Source of the DNA: a virus
Lineage: Duplodnaviria > Caudoviricetes
Reading direction: 5' to 3' (one strand)
Virus record (IMG/VR): IMGVR_UViG_3300011114_001028
Location: 1-59,982 of that record
DNA length: 59,982 nucleotides
Below, one piece after another: positions 1 to 6,800 of the stretch. A program made the translations under genes and the position numbers. Numbering within the stretch: the stretch's first letter is position 1; the number at the start of each line of letters is the position of its first letter. The notes below the pieces were generated by a model. It had not been told where the DNA came from, did not search any database, and saw only the letters and a program-made list of their open reading frames with translations.

Positions 1-1
1 A

Positions 2-73
2 AAATCAATGATTAAATTCTATCAAGAATGTGGATCACCTGCAAAGATGATTGAAAATATGTATAATTATTAA
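2..73 (+). CDS. 3' end of a small hypothetical protein (partial)
   Basis: Open frame KSMIKFYQECGSPAKMIENMYNY* running in from the window edge. Confidence 0.4.
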   Translation, partial: KSMIKFYQECGSPAKMIENMYNY

Positions 74-121
74 ATGTATTAAAAAATGTATTTGTAAGCG
101 TTAAAAAGTGTAATAATTATG

Positions 122-282
122 AGTGATTAGTGATAGTGATAGTGTTGATTAGTGATAGTGATAGTGTTGATTAGTTAGTGATAGTGTTAGTGATAGTGTT
201 GATTAGTGTTGATTAGTTAGTGATAGTGTTAGTGATAGTGTTGATTAGTTAGTGATAGTGTTGATTAGTGATAGTGTTGAGT
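122..282. repeat. Irregular tandem array of short AGT-initiated units
   Basis: Parses as about 10x AGTGAT, 6x AGTGTTGATT, 3x AGTT and 2x AGTGTT; no C on the + strand from 100 to 292. Confidence 0.95.
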
Positions 283-318
283 AATTAAATGTCTCTGAGA
301 GTGGTGATGTAAGCCAGC

Positions 319-347
319 ACTCTATCACAAACCCTCACAAATGTCAA
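319..347 (-). promoter_or_regulatory. Leftward sigma70-like promoter pointing into the repeat array
   Basis: Minus strand reads TTGACA-17 bp-TAGAGT. Confidence 0.5.
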
Positions 348-350
348 GTA

Positions 351-379
351 TTGACTTCCCGCCCAATTTCACCTATAAT
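351..379 (+). promoter_or_regulatory. sigma70-like early promoter
   Basis: TTGACT-17 bp-TATAAT, 14 nt upstream of the ATG at 394. Confidence 0.8.
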
Positions 380-393
380 AAAAGAGATTTCCA

Positions 394-621
394 ATGAATG
401 TTATGCTCACTCAGACAACGCTTCAGGATGAATCTTTGAGTCTCTTGAATGATATTTTCGGTGATGATATTATCGCCGAGAGTGTATGTATTCAAGACTT
501 AATCGAGTGGAGTGGTAACACTTCATCACCACTCAGTAAACATCAACTTGCTCAACTGATTGTGTATTCTGAAGATAAACTGCGTGAGTTGTTTGATATT
601 TACTGTGACGTTGTTGAATGA
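394..621 (+). CDS. Hypothetical acidic early protein
   Basis: 75-aa ORF directly after a consensus promoter; overlaps the next ORF by ATGA. Confidence 0.65.
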   Translation: MNVMLTQTTLQDESLSLLNDIFGDDIIAESVCIQDLIEWSGNTSSPLSKHQLAQLIVYSEDKLRELFDIYCDVVE

Positions 622-809
622 TATCAATGGTTTTTGCACCTAAGTATCAAACACCTGGAGTTACAGTTAGAGTTAGAATTCCAGAGTATTATGCTGAGCA
701 AATTGAAACAATTCTGCTGAGAGTTGATACACTCCCACCAGTTAAAGGTAAACATATTTTAAGCAAGTTTATTCATTACCTTAACACTATTACGGCAAAC
801 GCAAATTAA
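618..809 (+). CDS. Small protein, possible ribbon-helix-helix DNA-binding protein
   Basis: PKYQTPGVTVRVRIPE (alternating beta-strand) followed by two predicted helices; coupled to the upstream ORF. Confidence 0.5.
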   Translation: MISMVFAPKYQTPGVTVRVRIPEYYAEQIETILLRVDTLPPVKGKHILSKFIHYLNTITANAN

Positions 810-818
810 TACTTAGAG

Positions 819-905
819 TGTGCCAGTTGAATAAGTGGCACAAGGTTTGGTTTTAAGGTTGAATATCTGATAATCTTAAAAGGTAATCAAATCACTTCAA
901 ACCAA
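819..905 (+). promoter_or_regulatory. Early promoter cassette, copy 1 (palindromic box, -10, leader)
   Basis: TGTGCCA-GTTGAATAAG-TGGCACA then GATAAT at 869-874; 836-905 repeats at 1266-1335 with 2 mismatches. Confidence 0.8.
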
Positions 906-1231
906 TGTCAACTCTCACAATCAAATCAAACTACGCTAAACGCGAGTGCACAATGGGTCAATGGTTGCCAGGATTCGGATGTTTGAATCCTGGCAGTTTA
1001 TATAATCAACTGCGCGAACAGTTTGATTACCTTACTGAGGATGAGTTCGATAGTAATGAATTCTTTAAGTATAAGGGTAATTGGTACGACGTATCAGAAT
1101 TTTTACGTGTTGAGAATAACTCTGCTTTTGGTAAACAGTGGGATGGTTATTCCTCAGATTCCTACTTCAGTGGAATAGTATTAAAGTATTGCTACGATGG
1201 CACTGTTATTGTGGGCACTTACTTTAGTTGA
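905..1231 (+). CDS. Hypothetical phage protein (aromatic-rich)
   Basis: 108-aa ORF starting at the end of cassette 1; FFKYKGNWYD and WDGYSSDSYFSG motifs. Confidence 0.75.
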   Translation: MSTLTIKSNYAKRECTMGQWLPGFGCLNPGSLYNQLREQFDYLTEDEFDSNEFFKYKGNWYDVSEFLRVENNSAFGKQWDGYSSDSYFSGIVLKYCYDGTVIVGTYFS

Positions 1232-1244
1232 TTAAATGTTAGTT

Positions 1245-1335
1245 ACCTTGTGCCACTTATTCAACTGGCACAAGGTTTGGTTTTAAGGTTTAATATCTGA
1301 TAATCTTTAAAGGTAATCAAATCACTTCAAACCAA
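1245..1335 (+). promoter_or_regulatory. Early promoter cassette, copy 2
   Basis: ACCTTGTGCCA-CTTATTCAAC-TGGCACAAGGT (11-bp arms), GATAAT, and a leader near-identical to copy 1. Confidence 0.8.
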
Positions 1336-1347
1336 AGGAACCCTCCC

Positions 1348-1695
1348 ATGCGTAAAGTTGAAACCCAGATGCTCGAAGCAGTTGCGAATCAACTTAATTG
1401 GCAGTCTGCTAACACTGAAGTGATCAACTCTGAACTGGTAATTGATGGATCTATTGTGAGTGTAGTTAAACTTCACGGGCATAAGATTGCCGTGATCGGT
1501 GATAATTTTATTCAACTATTCGATGGCGGGTTTCAATCTGCCACCACTAAAAGTAGGTTGAATGCAATACTCAAAGGGTTCGGAGTTGCTGGTGAAGGTG
1601 TATTTCAAAAAGCAGGAGAATGGTTCGTTCGTATACATGAGGATTTTAAAGTTGACTTCGAAGTTGTTAAGTTTACCAGTGGAATGGTGATCTAA
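1348..1695 (+). CDS. Hypothetical cyanophage-type early protein
   Basis: 115 aa with AAGGA RBS; LHGHKIA and DGGFQSATTKSRLNAIL motifs recalled from cyanophage early hypotheticals. Confidence 0.8.
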   Translation: MRKVETQMLEAVANQLNWQSANTEVINSELVIDGSIVSVVKLHGHKIAVIGDNFIQLFDGGFQSATTKSRLNAILKGFGVAGEGVFQKAGEWFVRIHEDFKVDFEVVKFTSGMVI

Positions 1696-1703
1696 AGTAA
1701 CAC

Positions 1704-1730
1704 TTAAGGGGCAGCAATGCCCCGCCTTAA
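1704..1730 (+). other. Intergenic GNRA hairpin
   Basis: GGGGCA-GCAA-TGCCCC (1708-1723) with flanking TTAAGG/CCTTAA; no U-tract. Confidence 0.55.
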
Positions 1731-1760
1731 TTAACACTTATTCACCCTACTTTCTGAATC

Positions 1761-1961
1761 ATGTATTACGATCGTTTTGACATTGTTTCCGCTCACTATC
1801 AGTTTGCTGCCGATAATCATGGCGGGCAGAATAGTGAATTGTATGCTAAGTTATGCCGTATTGGCAAATACTTTAGACCATCAACTTTCTGGAGTGGATA
1901 TGATTCACTAACAGAGAATGGCAAGGTAATTTATGACAATTTAAGTGAGGCGACTCATTAA
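1761..1961 (+). CDS. Hypothetical phage protein
   Basis: 66-aa ORF, MYYDRFDIV and HGGQNSELYAKLCRI. Confidence 0.7.
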   Translation: MYYDRFDIVSAHYQFAADNHGGQNSELYAKLCRIGKYFRPSTFWSGYDSLTENGKVIYDNLSEATH

Positions 1962-1970
1962 CACTCACTG

Positions 1971-2005
1971 CACTGGGGAGTAGGTGATACTTACTCCCGA
2001 CAGTG
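1971..2005. other. Stem-loop opening a GC-rich non-coding tract
   Basis: CACTG-GGGAGTAGGT-GAT-ACTTACTCCC-GA-CAGTG with one G-U pair. Confidence 0.6.
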
Positions 2006-2287
2006 TTGATGACAGTTAAGGGGGCGATGTTGGGCGGCGTTGATGCCGAGCGATGCGTTCAAAAAAAATGGGTCCTTCTAAGCTATAAAACTTTGAAACC
2101 ACGAGCTCGATATGAATCCCTCTAAAATAAAAAAAACCCCGCCATACTGGAATTTCTGGAAGGTGATTTTCGCCGGATGGTTAATTCGACATCCAAAATT
2201 TTTTTTCAATATTTTTTTGATGATTTTCGGAATTATTTTAGTTAGAATTTTAAAATGAATATATAAATTTGAAAGTGAAATCTTACA

Positions 2288-2446
2288 ATGGACTATACAG
2301 CAGAATTCAGATACGATTCAGAAAAAGAAGAATACTACATACATATTCCCCCAGAGTTACAAGAAACACTTGAATGGCAAGAAGGAGATATTCTTGATTA
2401 TTCATTTCATGGTGACAAATTGACTATTGAAAACATTTCACTTTAA
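2288..2446 (+). CDS. Small AbrB/MazE-like DNA-binding protein (not in ORF track)
   Basis: 52 aa; YYIHIPPELQETLEWQEGDILDY fits the AbrB swapped-hairpin pattern. Confidence 0.65.
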   Translation: MDYTAEFRYDSEKEEYYIHIPPELQETLEWQEGDILDYSFHGDKLTIENISL

Positions 2447-2468
2447 ATTTTTTTCCCCATAATTTTTT

Positions 2469-2648
2469 ATGTCTGATACCAATTCAGTTTATCATGTATA
2501 CTGTGCAAAGTCAAAATCAAAAGTAATTGCTCATAATTTAACTCATGATGAATTAAGCAATAAAATTTTAAACGATGAGTTTGATTTAGAATCTGTAGAA
2601 ATTTTAAAACTTTCAGAAGAAAGATATCACGAAGATGTCTCCTATTGA
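2469..2648 (+). CDS. Hypothetical protein (not in ORF track)
   Basis: 59-aa ORF MSDTNSVYHVYCAK...EDVSY* filling the gap between genes. Confidence 0.6.
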   Translation: MSDTNSVYHVYCAKSKSKVIAHNLTHDELSNKILNDEFDLESVEILKLSEERYHEDVSY

Positions 2649-2673
2649 CAAACTCTAAATAGGACGTTAAAAT
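2645..2673 (+). promoter_or_regulatory. sigma70 promoter with an embedded late-like motif
   Basis: TTGACA-17 bp-TAAAAT; CTAAATA inside the spacer. Confidence 0.7.
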
Positions 2674-2696
2674 TATAAAGTTACTCTGACATTTTT

Positions 2697-3446
2697 ATGG
2701 CAAAAGGATTTACCGTATTGGCAAACACGCCAAAAGAGAAAAATAAAGATGAGTTTGATATTGAAGTTGCAAAGGAAATGATTAAAGGCAAATCAATTGT
2801 CTTTTGTCTTCCTGGTCGTGGTTGCTCTTATATCTTTCTTAAAGCATTCGTACAACTTTGTTTTGATTTGGTGCAGGCAGGTGCAAGCATTCAAATTTCC
2901 CAAGACTATTCATCCATGGTTAACTTTGCACGTTGCAAGTGTCTTGGTGCAAATGTATTAAGAGGTCCCAATCAATTACCTTGGGATGGAAAACTTGAAT
3001 ATGACTATCAGTTGTGGATTGATTCTGATATTGTTTTCGATACCGAAAAGTTTTATCGTCTTGTCTATCATGACAAGGATATTATGTCAGGATGGTATTG
3101 CACCGAAGATGGTATGACAACTTCTGTTGCACATTGGTTAGAAGAAGAAGACTTCTCCAAGAATGGTGGAGTTATGAATCATGAAACACTTGAAACAATG
3201 CCCAAGCGTAAGAAAATCTTCACTGTAGATTATACAGGTTTTGGTTGGGTTTTGATTAAGAAGGGAGTCTTTGAGTCTCTTGAGTATCCATGGTTTGCTC
3301 CGAAGATGCAAAGATTTGCGTCTGGTACAGTACAAGATATGTGTGGAGAAGATGTATCCTTCTGTTTGGATGCAAAAGAAAAAGGTTTTGAAATTTGGTG
3401 TGATCCGACAATTCGAGTCGGACACGAAAAAACTCGTATCATTTAA
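2697..3446 (+). CDS. GT-A fold glycosyltransferase-like protein
   Basis: LWIDSDIVF (DxD), TGFGWVLIKKGVFE, GEDVSFC and VGHEK motifs typical of GT2-like enzymes. Confidence 0.75.
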   Translation: MAKGFTVLANTPKEKNKDEFDIEVAKEMIKGKSIVFCLPGRGCSYIFLKAFVQLCFDLVQAGASIQISQDYSSMVNFARCKCLGANVLRGPNQLPWDGKLEYDYQLWIDSDIVFDTEKFYRLVYHDKDIMSGWYCTEDGMTTSVAHWLEEEDFSKNGGVMNHETLETMPKRKKIFTVDYTGFGWVLIKKGVFESLEYPWFAPKMQRFASGTVQDMCGEDVSFCLDAKEKGFEIWCDPTIRVGHEKTRII

Positions 3447-3453
3447 ATAACTT

Positions 3454-3597
3454 ATGACAAATCGTAAATCTCTGAGTGGATCAGCAGGTATTGAATCTCA
3501 TCCAAAAAATACTCGACAGGGTAATGGGAAACATACAAAATATACTGCAACTAGCAGAAACAATGCACGAAAACCTCGTAGAGGGCAAGGCAAATAA
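3454..3597 (+). CDS. Small basic protein (not in ORF track)
   Basis: 47 aa, K/R/G-rich, ends RKPRRGQGK; TTAAATA late-like motif upstream. Confidence 0.65.
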   Translation: MTNRKSLSGSAGIESHPKNTRQGNGKHTKYTATSRNNARKPRRGQGK

Positions 3598-3606
3598 ATC
3601 TTCAAA

Positions 3607-3640
3607 GCATTCAGAGTTTTCTGAGTGTCTTTTAATTTTT
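3607..3640 (+). terminator. Putative intrinsic terminator
   Basis: GCATTCAGA-GTTT-TCTGAGTGT stem followed by CTTTTAATTTTT; a second hairpin AGCGC-GAAGTG-GCGCT with TCTCTTTT lies at 3668-3691. Confidence 0.5.
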
Positions 3641-3719
3641 TATAACTAGTTAAGAATTTATGTTTATAGCGCGAAGTGGCGCTTCTCTTTTGAAGAACAC
3701 TTAAAGAAAGAATCAACCA

Positions 3720-4172
3720 ATGAGAAAATCTGAGGTCGAAAGAAACATTCTTAAATGGATCAAAGAAGTATCAAAGGTAAGAAAGGAACTAGGTAATTTT
3801 TCTATCTGTCCATTTGCAAAAAAGTCAAGATATCTAATTGTAGAGTGCGCTGCAGACGCCATCGTGCCGGTCGAAGGGTATCAGGTGATCATATATGCCA
3901 TTGAGAATTCATTTGACCTTTTAGAGGTTCAGAGATGGGTTAAAATTCATAATGAAAGATATCCTGATTGGAAATTTTTTGAAGACTGTGCATCATATGA
4001 TACCTATATAAAAAATATAAAGACAAATAATGGACTTTATAATCTAATTCTATCTCAACCAAAAGAAGAACTACGAGAATTTCGAAAAAAATTGGCAAAA
4101 ACTGATTATTATAATAACTGGAACGAAGAATATCTAAAAGAAATTCTTCAAGATGATTACGATTTAATTTAA
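3720..4172 (+). CDS. Hypothetical protein with CPFA motif
   Basis: 150-aa ORF; LGNFSICPFAKK. Confidence 0.7.
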   Translation: MRKSEVERNILKWIKEVSKVRKELGNFSICPFAKKSRYLIVECAADAIVPVEGYQVIIYAIENSFDLLEVQRWVKIHNERYPDWKFFEDCASYDTYIKNIKTNNGLYNLILSQPKEELREFRKKLAKTDYYNNWNEEYLKEILQDDYDLI

Positions 4173-4225
4173 AAGGGATAGCAACCCCGAAAAAAGTTCT
4201 GATTTACCAAATCAGGAGCAACTCA

Positions 4226-4453
4226 ATGGGAAAACCATCAGATAGAGATTCTAATTACATGTATGATCAATGGGGAACTACTCACTTAGTTACTGACTAT
4301 CAAGCACCACGTATGCTTAGAGAAATATATAATGACGATATCACACCAAAAAGACATGATTTTCATATCCAAAAAGAAATTCATGAAAAAATTCGTAATG
4401 ATGATGACTATGATGATTGGGAGTATGGAACTGAGCCTGTTTTTGGCATATAA
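4226..4453 (+). CDS. Hypothetical acidic protein
   Basis: 75 aa with AGGAG RBS; immediately upstream of gp25. Confidence 0.75.
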   Translation: MGKPSDRDSNYMYDQWGTTHLVTDYQAPRMLREIYNDDITPKRHDFHIQKEIHEKIRNDDDYDDWEYGTEPVFGI

Positions 4454-4456
4454 ATA
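4449..4456 (+). promoter_or_regulatory. T4 late promoter for the baseplate operon
   Basis: TATAAATA 21 nt before the gp25 start. Confidence 0.8.
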
Positions 4457-4477
4457 AGTTAGTATTTCCATATCTTT

Positions 4478-4879
4478 GTGGCGTTAGAAAACATCTCCAG
4501 GTATTTTAAAGATGTGAGTCTTTCTTTTAAGTCTCATCCAATTACCAATGATATTTTAACGCTTACAAATGTAACTTCAATTAATCGGTCATTGAGAAAT
4601 TTGGTTTTAACGTTAAATGGAGAAAGACCTTTTAATTCACTTCTGGGCACTCAACTGAGTGCCTCATTATTTGAAATTCTTGATACTCGAATTACTTCAT
4701 CAATTGAATCTGAAATTAGAAATGTAATCTCAAACTTTGAGCCAAGAATTGAAATCAATACTATTAACGTAACTCCAGATTTTGATCAAGATTTATATGA
4801 TGTATTGGTTGATTATAATGTTATAGGAGCAACAATTCCTTCACAACAATTAAACTTTGTACTCCAGACGGTACGATAG
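4478..4879 (+). CDS. gp25: Baseplate wedge subunit gp25
   Basis: SLRNLVLTLNGERPFN and FEPRIE motifs; precedes gp6; GTG start. Confidence 0.93.
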   Translation: MALENISRYFKDVSLSFKSHPITNDILTLTNVTSINRSLRNLVLTLNGERPFNSLLGTQLSASLFEILDTRITSSIESEIRNVISNFEPRIEINTINVTPDFDQDLYDVLVDYNVIGATIPSQQLNFVLQTVR

Positions 4880-6799
4880 ATGCCACAGATAAATTTTTCA
4901 AATTTAGATTTTGATCAGATTAAAGTTTCAATTAAAGACTATCTGAGGGCAAATTCGGATTTTACTGATTTTGATTACGAAGGATCAAACTTATCTACAC
5001 TCATAGATATTTTAGCATACAATACATATTTAAATTCCTTTAACGCAAATATGATTGCGAATGAGGTTTTTATTGATAGCGCAACTCTCAGAGAAAATGT
5101 AGTCTCTCTTGCGCGTAATATTGGTTATGTACCCCGCTCAAAAACGTCTGCTAAGTCGTTTGTTTCATTTGTAGTAGATACATCAGGAGCAACCATACAA
5201 CCCCTCTCATTGACTCTGAAGGCAGGTATATGTGCAGTATCAAATGCATTTGGATCTGAAAGTTATTCGTTTTCAATTCCAGAAGATATTACAATACCCG
5301 TAACCAATAAAATTGCCAGTTTTAATGATATACAAATTTATGAAGGATTTTTAGTTACTCAAACTTTTACATATAATTCATCACTCTACAATCAAAGATT
5401 TATATTAAACAATGGTGGAATTGATACTTCTACCCTTAAAGTTAAAGTAAAAAATAGTAATGATGATTCTACAACATACAATTACAATTTAGTTGATAAC
5501 ATCTCAAATGTAAACGATACTAGTAATATATTTTTAATTCAAGAAGTTGAAGATCAAAGATATGAATTATTATTTGGTGATGGTATTTTTGGTAAAAAAC
5601 TTCAAAATGGTAACATTATTACTGTAACATATATTGTTACAAATGGAAAACTTGCAAATGGAGTTTCTTCATTTTCATTTTCGGGAAGAATTGTTGACAA
5701 TAATGGACAAACTGTAAACATTGGTATTTCAAATTTAGCAACATCAACAGCATCAACAGGTGGTGGAGATATTGAAACTACTTCATCAATTAGAAATTAT
5801 GCTCCAAGAATTTACTCAACACAAAATCGTGCAGTAACTTCAAGTGATTATGAAGCGTTAGTGTATAAAATTTTTTCAGAAGCAGAATCTGTGTCTGCAT
5901 TTGGTGGGGAAGATTTGTCTCCACCACAATATGGAAAAGTATTCATTACAATTAAACCAAAAAACTATAATTATATCTCAGATTATACAAAAAGAAATAT
6001 AGTTAGAGATTTAAAAAAATATTCAGTTGCTGGAATTATACCAAAAATTATTGATATTAAGTATCTATTTGTTGAAATTACTTCTTCAGTATATTATAAT
6101 TCAAACTTAGTCAATTCTTTAGATTCTTTAAAAACTAATATTATCAATTCTTTAACTACTTATGCAAAATCTAGTGATGTAAACAATTTTGGAAGTAGAT
6201 TAAAGTATAGTAAACTACTCAAAACAATTGATGATGTTGATTCTGGAATTACTTCAAACATAACTCTTATAAAAATGAGAAGAGATTTGGGAGTTGTGTT
6301 AAATTCCTTTGCAGATTATGAAATATGTTTTGGAAATTCTTTTCATCTTAAATATGATACTACTGGTAATAAGACTCCATTTAATATTAAATCTACTGGA
6401 TTTCAATTAAGTGGTATATCTGGTGATCTATATCTTTCAGATTATCCAGATTTAACCAATAATGAAAAGGGAACTATTTTTGTATTTCGAAAATTATCAG
6501 ATAATGAATATCAAATAGTCAAAAGATCAATAGGAACTATTGATTATGTTAAAGGAGAGATTATTTTAAGTCTATTAAATATAGTATCAACTCAAATATC
6601 AAATCCAACAAATATTATAGAAATTGAAGCAATACCAGAATCGAATGATGTAATTGGGTTGCAAGATTTGTATTTACAAATTGATATGAATAATACAAAT
6701 ATAACAATGATTCCCGATACCATTTCTTCGGGCAGTGATACTTCAGGTTATTCTTATTCAAGAACTTCTAGTTTTTCTAACGGATCAATAACAAGGTAA
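4880..6799 (+). CDS. gp6: Baseplate wedge subunit gp6
   Basis: LDFDQIK, FTDFDYEGSNLS, SATLRENVVSLARNIGY, FGDGIFGK, QNRAVT motifs. Confidence 0.95.
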   Translation: MPQINFSNLDFDQIKVSIKDYLRANSDFTDFDYEGSNLSTLIDILAYNTYLNSFNANMIANEVFIDSATLRENVVSLARNIGYVPRSKTSAKSFVSFVVDTSGATIQPLSLTLKAGICAVSNAFGSESYSFSIPEDITIPVTNKIASFNDIQIYEGFLVTQTFTYNSSLYNQRFILNNGGIDTSTLKVKVKNSNDDSTTYNYNLVDNISNVNDTSNIFLIQEVEDQRYELLFGDGIFGKKLQNGNIITVTYIVTNGKLANGVSSFSFSGRIVDNNGQTVNIGISNLATSTASTGGGDIETTSSIRNYAPRIYSTQNRAVTSSDYEALVYKIFSEAESVSAFGGEDLSPPQYGKVFITIKPKNYNYISDYTKRNIVRDLKKYSVAGIIPKIIDIKYLFVEITSSVYYNSNLVNSLDSLKTNIINSLTTYAKSSDVNNFGSRLKYSKLLKTIDDVDSGITSNITLIKMRRDLGVVLNSFADYEICFGNSFHLKYDTTGNKTPFNIKSTGFQLSGISGDLYLSDYPDLTNNEKGTIFVFRKLSDNEYQIVKRSIGTIDYVKGEIILSLLNIVSTQISNPTNIIEIEAIPESNDVIGLQDLYLQIDMNNTNITMIPDTISSGSDTSGYSYSRTSSFSNGSITR

Positions 6800-6800
6800 T

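Noticed and set aside
122-282. Repeat array as a CRISPR array
   Set aside because: Units are 4-10 bp and contiguous, with no unique spacers and no cas genes
1962-2287. tRNA in the GC-rich intergenic tract
   Set aside because: No cloverleaf with properly placed D and T arms could be built by eye
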